64,000 nt of DNA from Candidatus Nomurabacteria bacterium (GTDB lineage Bacteria > Patescibacteriota > Minisyncoccia > Phycocordibacterales > UBA9973). A program made the position numbers and the translations under genes. Below are positions 7,161 to 14,999 of the stretch, in pieces; the stretch's first letter is position 1; each line of letters opens with the position of its first letter. The notes beneath the pieces are model-generated. The model was not told the origin of the DNA. It made no database searches and saw nothing but the letters and a program-made list of their open reading frames with translations. The stretch covers positions 345,375-409,374 of the forward strand of contig CP064958.1 of assembly GCA_016699085.1 (NCBI GenBank). Direction: 5' to 3'.

Positions 7161-7305
7161 AAAATGACAAATATTTCTGACAAAAATTAATAATATCTAT
7201 AAATAATCAATACTAACAATATACTATCACAATACATATACCAAATATAGTTGACAAAATAGAATCAAACTGGTATGTTATGTCCAGATTATTCAATACC
7301 AAATA

Positions 7306-7361
7306 TTTCAAAGAGAGATTACTGGAAGTATGTTGAAGCTTGCTTCTGGTAACCTCTCTTT
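7306..7361. promoter_or_regulatory. 22-bp imperfect palindrome/hairpin ~150 bp upstream of the TrmB-like gene (candidate operator)
   Basis: TTCAAAGAGAGATTACTGGAAG-12 nt-CTTCTGGTAACCTCTCTTTGAA: 19 Watson-Crick + 2 wobble pairs, 1 mismatch. Confidence 0.4.
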
Positions 7362-7379
7362 GAAAAGGCTGTTTAAGGG

Positions 7380-7600
7380 ATAAGTCGTGGACATCGCCAC
7401 TATACGAGGGCCGCCATGAAGGTAACTTCATAGGTCATACTCACTAACGGAACTTGGCACGGGCTCCGCGAGGACCGCATCTGCTTGCCTGCGAAATCAG
7501 GATATCCTTACAAAACAGTTTGATCGTACCCGCCACGCCTTTAGCGAAAGCTTGCGCACCTGGCGGGTCTATTTAAATCCTTGTTCTTTATATAGCCAGT
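7380..7600. other. GC-rich, hairpin-dense non-coding segment (candidate structured RNA)
   Basis: local GC well above the window average; multiple short stems with GNRA-type loops (TCC-GCGA-GGA, AGC-GAAA-GCT, CCTG-CGAAAT-CAGG) and an 8-bp stem ACCCGCCA/TGGCGGGT; no convincing ORF. Confidence 0.3.
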
Positions 7601-7746
7601 AAGTTCTGCTGAAAGAAGAGTAGATGGTTCACGACATTGCCATGATGAAATAATTCATTGGGAACCATCGAACGTAGCGTGTGAGTATATGCACACTATG
7701 GAGTCCTCTTCGCTGATGTCATATGGAGGAAATATTCTTTCCTCCG

Positions 7747-7798
7747 CTTTATCAGACCTTTGAGCAATGATTCGAAGTTCTGTAGAGATTTGTTCTTT
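7747..7798 (+). repeat. repeat family R1, copy a (CTTTATCAGA ... TTCTGTAGAGA ... GTTCTTT)
   Basis: shared 5' CTTTATCAGA and 3' TCTGTAGAGAnnnnGTTCTTT boxes with copies b, c, d; preceded by the hairpin GGAGGAAA/TTTCCTCC. Confidence 0.6.
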
Positions 7799-8204
7799 CA
7801 AATAATTTTCATTGTAACGTTTGTACTTCGCCTGAAGTATTTCTGAAATTCAAGCGCTCCATGCGTCATCTACACGAAAAAACAAACAAAACTAAAACGT
7901 TACAACATGAAAAAAGGTAATGCAGTGCTTATCACAAGAATCGGAGATTCTTGGGGACCAGATCATCCAATCGAAATCGGCCGTGAATTTATGTGTCGAC
8001 TTCGCTATGATTTGGAACTCGGGGATAGTTGTTATGCAAAAGGAATCAGTCCTTCGCATGGCATCGAAACCACCACTATCCTCAGTATCATTGTGATAGG
8101 TAGAGTTGTAATCTTTAAAACTTACAATTCGGTTTATATGGTTCAGCCATTATACCGAACATATCGTTTTAAAGGTTAAAAATCTGGGAAGCTCTGCTTC
8201 CCAT

Positions 8205-8256
8205 CTTTATCAGAATCGTGATCAAGTATCGTGATTCTGTAGAGAAATTGTTCTTT
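8205..8256 (+). repeat. repeat family R1, copy b
   Basis: ctttatcagaatcgtgatcaagtatcgtgattctgtagagaaattgttcttt; internal 12-bp hairpin CAGAATCGTGAT/ATCGTGATTCTG (8211-8239). Confidence 0.65.
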
Positions 8257-8264
8257 ATAAAGAT

Positions 8265-8312
8265 GTGATTAGTTACCTTAGTTTCTCATGGTGATTAAGG
8301 TAACTAATCACA
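8265..8312. repeat. 17-bp perfect-stem hairpin (TGTGATTAGTTACCTTA ... TAAGGTAACTAATCACA)
   Basis: arms 8265-8281 and 8296-8312, 14-nt loop; sits just upstream of a 48-aa membrane ORF (8321-8467). Confidence 0.6.
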
Positions 8313-8424
8313 TTCAAATTATGAAAAAAATTAAGGAATCAATTAATAATACGATTGATAACAATATCTGGATATTCGCTGTCATTGTTGTAGGTATCTG
8401 CGGGATTAGTCACTTGTTAGTAAC

Positions 8425-8745
8425 CTATACCGCGTTGGGTGAAGTATTCAGAGCGATGAAGCCGTAGGTAGCGTGTATGATTTCTTGAAGGTCTAACATG
8501 CCTTTCGCCGCAAGCGATAAAAGTGGTTCTAGCAGTTTCACCAACCTCTCATAGATCCCTCTTTTCGAAAGAATAAGGATCGCAAACCGGGGAAGGGAGT
8601 TCAGGCTAGTCTCCAAGTGGCGATAGAGTGCAAGATCTCTGTCAAAGCGGAATCCATCGGCTGATGGAGTAATCTCGGTCGCACCGAGTAGGAGAAAACG
8701 CATCGGAATGACGTTGCGAGTAACTCTATAGCTTTTGGGCAACAA
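8425..8745 (-). CDS. hypothetical protein (doubtful)
   Basis: 106-aa ORF in a repeat-rich region; no domain; overlaps a plus-strand terminator/repeat, so it may be non-coding. Confidence 0.2.
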   Translation of the reverse strand: MLPKSYRVTRNVIPMRFLLLGATEITPSADGFRFDRDLALYRHLETSLNSLPRFAILILSKRGIYERLVKLLEPLLSLAAKGMLDLQEIIHATYGFIALNTSPNAV

Positions 8746-8800
8746 ATGTTGCCCTGATTTTTGAGAACTTAATTACGATTGAGTTTTCAAAATGAAATTG
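8700..8800 (+). repeat. repeat family R2, copy a (includes terminator GGGCAAC-aaat-GTTGCCC + TGATTTTTGAGAAC)
   Basis: ~100 bp alignable with 10600-10695; hairpin 8737-8754 followed by T-run; shared GTTTTCAAAATGAAA tail. Confidence 0.65.
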
Positions 8801-8874
8801 TTCTTTGTAAACGTTCGAAAAGAATATAGTTGGCATTATTGCGCATATAGTGCTCAGTATATTCTTTTCGAACT

Positions 8875-9525
8875 ATGGAAAACACAAACACATTTCCTGT
8901 ATATTGGATTACTCTTGCACATACGCATGCCACAAATGGCCTCGCAGCCTTTGCTCGCACAAAACGCGTGAGTGCTTTGATTCATGCTATTGAAAATATT
9001 GCTTCTGATTTAACTAAGGCAAAAGTTTTGCCGCGTCAAATCAGTTATGATACGAGCTCAGTAATTGAGGTGCTTACGGACTATAAAAAACGGTTCGTTG
9101 AACATTCTCCAGAAACGAAGAACTGGGATTCATGGCGTCTCGTGTCGCATAAAAATGCATTAAAGAGTTTACAGAATAGACTGGAATGGGCGATGATCGG
9201 ACTTGTGCGGGCACTAAAGTATCAAGCACTTGAGCACAAAATTTATGTCCGAGATTGGAGAGGTGATCGCACATTATATATCGCGAATGACTACTGCTAC
9301 TTTCAAGTTACCGGCTCTTGCCAGAACCAAGGCTGTGAGACTTGCCGTAAAAGGCTTCGCGAAATGAAATATGCACTCAATCAGGCTGATATTACTTTTA
9401 GTTATGCATGGGAACTTTCCAAGAACGTGACTTTCTTCAAGATCGAATTGCCGTCGAAAGACATTCGATCGATTGATGAAGTGAAAAGTGCGCTTGCGAA
9501 AGCCGGAGTGTATATCCATACATAG
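8875..9525 (+). CDS. hypothetical protein
   Basis: 216-aa ORF followed by the terminator GGGCGAC-gaattc-GGTCGCCC (9531-9552); no recognisable domain. Confidence 0.45.
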   Translation: MENTNTFPVYWITLAHTHATNGLAAFARTKRVSALIHAIENIASDLTKAKVLPRQISYDTSSVIEVLTDYKKRFVEHSPETKNWDSWRLVSHKNALKSLQNRLEWAMIGLVRALKYQALEHKIYVRDWRGDRTLYIANDYCYFQVTGSCQNQGCETCRKRLREMKYALNQADITFSYAWELSKNVTFFKIELPSKDIRSIDEVKSALAKAGVYIHT

Positions 9526-9958
9526 GATTGGGGCGACGAATTCGGTCGCCCATGTTATTTAGCTCGGTACAAACGTAGTGAGCTAATCGCATGTGTTCTA
9601 TCGATCACAAAAATCACGACGGGGAGACCGATGAAGCCCCAGGATTGTTTGCGCAGGCAATCTGAATCATTGGCTTGGGCGTGTGTAGATGAAATGAATT
9701 GCGGATGCTGGGGTGAAACAGTATCGGATCATGTGTAATCTATGTATTCCAATGGAGCTCAGTTTACCCAAGTGAGGTGAATTGAGTATCGTATGCGGTG
9801 GTGGTACGGACGCGTCGTACTCCTTGACGGGAGGAGATGTTTCTTTTGAAACATTGAGATGTGCATCATCGAGGCAACATGCTTCCAGAAATACATCAAG
9901 GTGCTTTGCCAGTGTCTTGATGTGTAGAAAAGCCAATCTGTCTACGGATGGATTGGCT

Positions 9959-10010
9959 CTTTATCAGAATCGTGATCAACGATCGTGATTCTGTAGAGAT
10001 AAAGTTCTTT
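9959..10010 (+). repeat. repeat family R1, copy c
   Basis: ctttatcagaatcgtgatcaacgatcgtgattctgtagagataaagttcttt, hairpin 9965-9993; ends 17 nt before the ATG at 10027. Confidence 0.65.
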
Positions 10011-10026
10011 TCATAAAAAAACAAAT

Positions 10027-10413
10027 ATGGGCAACCAAGTTGAAAAAATTATTATTGTGCAAAGGCATCAAGAAAATTTGAACAGTATACGGGAAATGGT
10101 GGCGGAAAATCTGCCATCCTGTCTGAGTATTATGACGTTTTTTACTTCGCCAGAAGATGCACTTCGTGCGGCAGCTGGGAGCAACAAGAAAACAATTGTT
10201 ATTTCCGGGAACGTCTTCGAGGAGACCAATCTCGATGGCGATTGGTTCGCTCGAGAATTTAAAGCGAATATGAGTGATGTAAAAGTGTATTGTTACTCAG
10301 TTTGCCCAAGTGGTGGTGAACATTGGGACGGATTGATTGTAAAGGAACAAGGTACATGCGCTACCGGCGATCATGCCAGTTTGATTGAATTCTTGCGTGC
10401 AGGATTGAAATAA
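10027..10413 (+). CDS. hypothetical protein
   Basis: 128-aa ORF directly downstream of R1c; weak resemblance to a degenerate receiver-like alpha/beta fold only. Confidence 0.4.
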   Translation: MGNQVEKIIIVQRHQENLNSIREMVAENLPSCLSIMTFFTSPEDALRAAAGSNKKTIVISGNVFEETNLDGDWFAREFKANMSDVKVYCYSVCPSGGEHWDGLIVKEQGTCATGDHASLIEFLRAGLK

Positions 10414-10450
10414 TGGTGCATAATATTTTTTCACTAAACCAAATGAACTT

Positions 10451-10624
10451 ATGATTGTAAGCATTACCGAAGAAAAAAAGCGTAAGCTCTATGCTACTGC
10501 CAACAAACTTTTAGCACGCAATAATTTTGCATTTGACGGCACGCCGAGAGAGAAAATGAAGAGAGGACAGAGACATTTTGAAAAAAGGATTATTATGACG
10601 CCGATGGGTAACGGAAGCAGGTAG
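10451..10624 (+). CDS. small hypothetical protein (57 aa), not in the ORF track
   Basis: ATG at 10451, stop at 10622-10624 (MIVSITEEKKRKLYATANKLL...); immediately followed by R2b terminator. Confidence 0.3.
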   Translation: MIVSITEEKKRKLYATANKLLARNNFAFDGTPREKMKRGQRHFEKRIIMTPMGNGSR

Positions 10625-10695
10625 CTTCCAGGACATGGACAACAAACGTTGTCCAGATTTTTGAGAACATAAAGTGATTTGTGTTTTCAAAATGA
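10600..10695 (+). repeat. repeat family R2, copy b (terminator GGACAAC-aaac-GTTGTCC + AGATTTTTGAGAAC)
   Basis: aligns with 8700-8800; hairpin 10637-10654 plus T-run. Confidence 0.65.
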
Positions 10696-11032
10696 AACCC
10701 GCCAAAGGCGGATAAGTTGTTCATTTAAAAAATATAATTATAGCAAACCATAAGAAGAAGTCATCATTTACGGTTACCTTTGATAAAGTCAAAGAAATCA
10801 AACATATGTCACGAACTATTTTTATGGGAGTCGATACGAAACAAAAGCCATTCAAGGATAAAAGTAAATACTACAGGAAGGAAAAACATAGCAAAGCTTT
10901 TGCCTAATAAGAAGCATATAAATCCGACCTACATACAGGCGGATTTTATTTTGACATCGTATACATTATATGGTAATTTAAGAAATCGGGAATTTATTAT
11001 GTAAGATGGTACGTTTCCTGTTTTTATCAGAA

Positions 11033-11088
11033 TCTGAAGCATGGACTTGAGGTTCCGTAGAAATATTCAGTTCATTTTAAAAAAAAAC
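11033..11088 (+). repeat. repeat family R1, copy d (degenerate)
   Basis: tttatcagaatctgaag ... ttccgtagaaatattcagttcatttt; ends just before the ATG at 11093. Confidence 0.45.
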
Positions 11089-11092
11089 AATA

Positions 11093-11416
11093 ATGCCTAA
11101 CACACTAGCACACATTTTCAGAAATTTACAAACATCAAATGATGATGTTCTTACAAAACTTAATGCCATGTTTACAGGTATTAATCAAATGACAGGTGAT
11201 GAACTCGTGCCGGCATATCAGGCAGCGAAAGTATATGAAGAAAATTTGTTACCCAATGATCAATTCAAAAAACTGGCAGGGAGTTTAGTGGAAGCAATTA
11301 AACAACGGATGCGAAATGTTGCTCGTGCTCAATTTACAATTGTTGATAATAAGAATTTCAAAATTATTTTTGCTGAAGTTACTGGCGATGAATCATTTCG
11401 TGCATTGAAACGTTGA
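11093..11416 (+). CDS. hypothetical protein
   Basis: 107-aa ORF downstream of R1d. Confidence 0.4.
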   Translation: MPNTLAHIFRNLQTSNDDVLTKLNAMFTGINQMTGDELVPAYQAAKVYEENLLPNDQFKKLAGSLVEAIKQRMRNVARAQFTIVDNKNFKIIFAEVTGDESFRALKR

Positions 11417-11489
11417 AATAAAAGAGATGTGTAAATAAAATCCGTCCAAGAGTTACTCTGGACGGATTTTCTTATACTAAAAAATTCAA

Positions 11490-13016
11490 CTATCTTGCGT
11501 ATTCGATTACACGTGTCTCCCGTATGAGGGTGACTTTGATTTCACCTGGATACTTGAGTTCGGATTCGATTTTCTTGGCAACATCACGGGCGAGGTCTTT
11601 GGCTTCGACGTCAGTGATTTTCTCAGGGGTGACGAATATTCTGATCTCACGACCAGCAGAAAGTGCGTAGGATTTCTCGACTGAAGGGAATTGGTTGACG
11701 AGTGCTTCGAGTTCGGCGAGACGCTTGAGATAATTCTCGACACTATCACGTCGTGCACCAGGACGTCCGCCTGAGATATAGTCCGCAGTCTGAACAATGA
11801 CAGCTTCGATCGTCTCATGAGGACAGTCATCATGGTGACTTTTCATAGCGACGATGATGCGTGGATCAGCACCAAATTTCTGAAGGATGCGGATACCGAT
11901 ATCGATATGTGTGCCTTGGACTTCATGGTCGAGCGCTTTGCCGATGTCGTGGACGAGTGCGCCAGCTTTGGCAATAGCGACGTCAGCTCCGAGTTCTTCT
12001 GCGAGCATGCCAGCAATATGGGTCATTTCGATCGAATGTTGCAAGACGTTCTGTCCGTAGCTCGTGCGGAAGTAGAGGCGACCCAAGATGGCGATAATAC
12101 GTGGATCAAAGTTAAAGATGCCACATTCATAGACGGCTTGCTCACCTTTTTCTTTGATGATTTTGTTGATATCATCTTTGGCCTTATCAACCATTTCTTC
12201 GATTTTGGCTGGTTGGATACGGCCATCGAGAATCAAATTCTCAAGTGCAAGTCGGGCGATCTGACGTCGTACAGGGTCAAATGATGAAATAACGATCGTG
12301 CCAGGTGTATCGTCGACGATGAGTTCAACACCCGCTGCTCGTTCGAAAGCTCTGATGTTACGGCCTTCTTTACCAATGATTTTGCCTTTGATTTCATCTG
12401 AAGGAATCGCAACGTTAGTCGTCATGAGTTCAGCTGCTGTCGAAGATGCGAGACGTTGGATAGAGGTCGCGAGTATGTCTTTGGCACGGTTCTCAAGTTT
12501 TTCGGCGTTCGAGTTTTCAAGCTTCTGCATACGAATAAGAAAGTCCTCTTCGTATTCATTCTCAACACTTCGCACAAGTTCGCTCTTGGCATCTTCACGA
12601 GAAAGTCCTGCGACACGTTCGAGGGCTTTAGCTTTCTCACCTTCAAGCTCGACAGCTTTCTCTTTGATCTTCTTGATGTCCTCGATCTTGAGTTTGATGT
12701 TTTCGACTTCCTTGTCGATCTCGACTTGTCGCGCATCGAGCAGTTCTTCTTTCTTGATGAGACGCTTCTCTGTGTCTTTGAATTCTACTTCTTTCTTCCT
12801 CTCTTCATTTTTAAGCTCCTCGTCGCGATCTTCTGCTTTTTTCTTGGCTTCGTCCAAGATTCTCTGGGCTTCTTCTTTGGCATCAATCATGGTCTTCTTG
12901 ATCTCAAGCTCCATCGAACCTTTCTGTCCGAGAGATATGATGAGTCGTAGATAGTAGCCAATACCGACACCGGCAAGTGCTGCTATAGCCAAAAAGGCTA
13001 GTAAGTGCAAATTCAT
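11490..13016 (-). CDS. rny: ribonuclease Y
   Basis: N-terminal TM helix, long coiled coil, KH domain (IIGKEGRNIRAFE), HD domain (HSIEMTHIAGMLAEELGADVAIAKAGALVHDIGK); 508 aa. Confidence 0.92.
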   Translation of the reverse strand: MNLHLLAFLAIAALAGVGIGYYLRLIISLGQKGSMELEIKKTMIDAKEEAQRILDEAKKKAEDRDEELKNEERKKEVEFKDTEKRLIKKEELLDARQVEIDKEVENIKLKIEDIKKIKEKAVELEGEKAKALERVAGLSREDAKSELVRSVENEYEEDFLIRMQKLENSNAEKLENRAKDILATSIQRLASSTAAELMTTNVAIPSDEIKGKIIGKEGRNIRAFERAAGVELIVDDTPGTIVISSFDPVRRQIARLALENLILDGRIQPAKIEEMVDKAKDDINKIIKEKGEQAVYECGIFNFDPRIIAILGRLYFRTSYGQNVLQHSIEMTHIAGMLAEELGADVAIAKAGALVHDIGKALDHEVQGTHIDIGIRILQKFGADPRIIVAMKSHHDDCPHETIEAVIVQTADYISGGRPGARRDSVENYLKRLAELEALVNQFPSVEKSYALSAGREIRIFVTPEKITDVEAKDLARDVAKKIESELKYPGEIKVTLIRETRVIEYAR

Positions 13017-13233
13017 ATATTTTCAGATTTCCTTATGCCAAAAGCACCGCGTGTGCGGAATGTCGAGAGTAAGATGCAAGTTCTAAATATTGTGTAACCA
13101 TAGTGTGAACAAACATCGGAGCGTGAGAAAGCGGAATTTTTGGAAATCAGGAAATAACTATTTAATAAAAATCGATACTTTCATAGTAGCAAATCTTCAT
13201 GAGGATGTCACGAATGCTTAACCGTCAGTAGTG

Positions 13234-13824
13234 TTACTTGTCTGACTTAGGTTTGGTGATGATTTCGTCTACGATGCCGTACTTGAGTGCTTCTTCGGCG
13301 CTCATGAAGAAATCACGTTCGACATCTTTTTCGATTTGTGCAAGTTTCTGACCAGTATTTTTTGCCATGATTTGATTGAGCTGATGCCGTGATTTGATGA
13401 TGTGCTTAGCAGAGATCTCAATATCGGTTGCTTGGCCTTCAGCGCCGCCGCTCGGCTGGTGAATCATGATCTCAGAGTTAGGAAGTGCGAAGCGTTTGCC
13501 TTTGGCACCACCAGAAAGGAGAAATGCTCCCATTGATGCAGCCATGCCAACACAAATCGTTGAAATATCAGGTTTGACGAAATTCATCGTGTCATAGATT
13601 GCAAGACCTGAAGAAATCACACCACCAGGAGAGTTGATATAGAGACTAATATCACGCTTGGGATCTTCATTGGCGAGGAAGATGAGTTGCGCGATGACGA
13701 TGTTTGCAACATGATCATCAATGACGCCGCCTAAGAAAATAATGCGCTCGCGAAGCAGTCTGGAGTAAATATCGTAGGCTCGTTCGCCGAATTGTGATTT
13801 TTCAATAACAGTAGGAATCAACAT
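13234..13824 (-). CDS. clpP: ATP-dependent Clp protease proteolytic subunit
   Basis: [34 protein letters not shown] ... [11 protein letters not shown] ... IMIHQPSGG: canonical ClpP with Ser-His-Asp context. Confidence 0.95.
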   Translation of the reverse strand: MLIPTVIEKSQFGERAYDIYSRLLRERIIFLGGVIDDHVANIVIAQLIFLANEDPKRDISLYINSPGGVISSGLAIYDTMNFVKPDISTICVGMAASMGAFLLSGGAKGKRFALPNSEIMIHQPSGGAEGQATDIEISAKHIIKSRHQLNQIMAKNTGQKLAQIEKDVERDFFMSAEEALKYGIVDEIITKPKSDK

Positions 13825-13875
13825 GGTTAAATTAATTATTTAGTAATTGGTCATATAAAACGTCGTACTATATCG

Positions 13876-13930
13876 TCTCGCCCCGTACGAAGTTTTGTGT
13901 GCGTCTGAGATGAAGCTTTCGTTCTGGGGT
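13876..13930 (+). repeat. bipartite GC element, copy 1 (TCTCGCCCCGTACGAA-32 nt-GTTCTGGGGT)
   Basis: 13-16-nt GC box identical to copy 3 and to the reverse complement of copy 2; same spacing to a GGGGT box. Confidence 0.7.
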
Positions 13931-14101
13931 AACTGTTGGGATTAACATATAGGTAAAAGGTAAGGTTAAACTTGATTAGTAACAGATTAAGTATAGCAAA
14001 ATAGGGCATTCTGAGGGACTTGACAGAATAGGGTATAGTATGCTATGATATAGGCACAAATTGTTCCCGTTTAATTTCATAAAAACAAAAAAAACATAAA
14101 G

Positions 14102-14800
14102 ATGAAGAAAATCTTTTCCTTTTTGCCACTGGCAACCCTTACTTTATTTGTCATTTCAATGACCTCTTGCTGGGACGGTGATCGTCAGGCAAAGAGGGAA
14201 ATGCTTTTCGAAAACCAACCGGATGCAGCTTTTGTAGATAATTACATTGCGACAATTAAATTTTCTTCCCCGATTGCTGTGGATCCTTTGACTGTCCGGG
14301 TCCAAGACGCTGCAGGCAAAACAATTTTTGTCCGCTGCATTGACAAGGCTAAGCTTACTGATATCCTAAATCTTGCATTAGATGGCAAGATTCATGGTTT
14401 TGAAGTCTGGGGAAGAGTTCGACCTACGTCATACCATACGAAGTATTTAGGCAAAAAAATATTTGTATGGGAAGTTGTAGGAGAGGTATGGACCACAGAA
14501 GATAAAGATTATCACATGGTTGCCGACTCGGTTAGAGGATACAATTTGAGGGATATTGAAAAAAACTCTCGCGAAAAATCCAAAGTCCGGATAATACAGG
14601 CGCCGTTACCGAGCAGGGTTACAAAACCTTGTGATGGATCCAATGTGGAATTTAGTTCTACATTCCCTGATGGAACGAAAATTGAATTTAAGTCGGTACA
14701 GGGAGTCGTGCAGCAAACCAAAGCACTTCCCAGTATGCCAACTGTTCCAAAGTCAGATTCAATCCCGCGGCCTGGTGCGACAGTGCCCGTGCCGCAATGA
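14102..14800 (+). CDS. putative lipoprotein/secreted hypothetical protein
   Basis: signal peptide with lipobox-like LFVISMTSC; Pro-rich C-terminus; followed by terminator 14822-14852. Confidence 0.55.
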   Translation: MKKIFSFLPLATLTLFVISMTSCWDGDRQAKREMLFENQPDAAFVDNYIATIKFSSPIAVDPLTVRVQDAAGKTIFVRCIDKAKLTDILNLALDGKIHGFEVWGRVRPTSYHTKYLGKKIFVWEVVGEVWTTEDKDYHMVADSVRGYNLRDIEKNSREKSKVRIIQAPLPSRVTKPCDGSNVEFSSTFPDGTKIEFKSVQGVVQQTKALPSMPTVPKSDSIPRPGATVPVPQ

Positions 14801-14821
14801 TGTTTCGCCTATGCGAAGCAA

Positions 14822-14852
14822 AACACCCTCAATTATAGAGGGTGTTTTTTAT
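14822..14852 (+). terminator. rho-independent terminator
   Basis: AACACCCTC-aattata-GAGGGTGTT + TTTTTTATT. Confidence 0.75.
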
Positions 14853-14907
14853 TACATAAAGTAATCAGTGGCAAGTATTTTACTTCTGTTCTTCAAGAAA
14901 CTTAAAC

Positions 14908-14958
14908 ACCCCAAACAAAATAACGGTTAATAAATAACCTATTTCGTACGGGGCGAGA
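14908..14958 (-). repeat. bipartite GC element, copy 2 (inverted orientation)
   Basis: reverse complement reads TCTCGCCCCGTACGAA-29 nt-GTTTGGGGT; lies 42 nt 3' of the tig stop codon in tig sense orientation. Confidence 0.7.
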
Positions 14959-14999
14959 AGTGATCGATGTTACTTATTCAACTTAGCAATTTCAGAGGT

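Noticed and set aside
7380-7600. RNase P RNA, SRP RNA or 6S RNA
   Set aside because: The conserved RNase P P4 strands (GGAAAGUCCGG / ACAGAAcCCGGCUUA) and the SRP domain IV GGAA/AGCAGC elements were not found on either strand by eye. Kept only as an unclassified candidate structured RNA.
8425-8745. 106-aa minus-strand ORF as a real gene
   Set aside because: No domain. It overlaps the plus-strand R2 terminator unit and the candidate 48-aa plus-strand ORF. Kept only as a low-confidence feature.
7700-11450. Integron-like gene-cassette array, with R1 repeats as attC sites and small promoterless ORFs
   Set aside because: R1 ends (CTTTATCAGA ... GTTCTTT) do not fit the attC R''/R' core (RYYYAAC/GTTRRRY). 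Copies lie upstream rather than downstream of ORFs. No intI or attI is present in the window.
11507-12954. Antisense and out-of-frame ORFs inside rny (e.g. 12298-12954 +, 12456-12950 +, 11817-12284 +, 12422-12736 -)
   Set aside because: They are low-complexity Ser/Leu/Phe-rich translations of the GA-rich coiled-coil coding region of RNase Y on the wrong strand or frame. The rny reading frame is clearly the real one.
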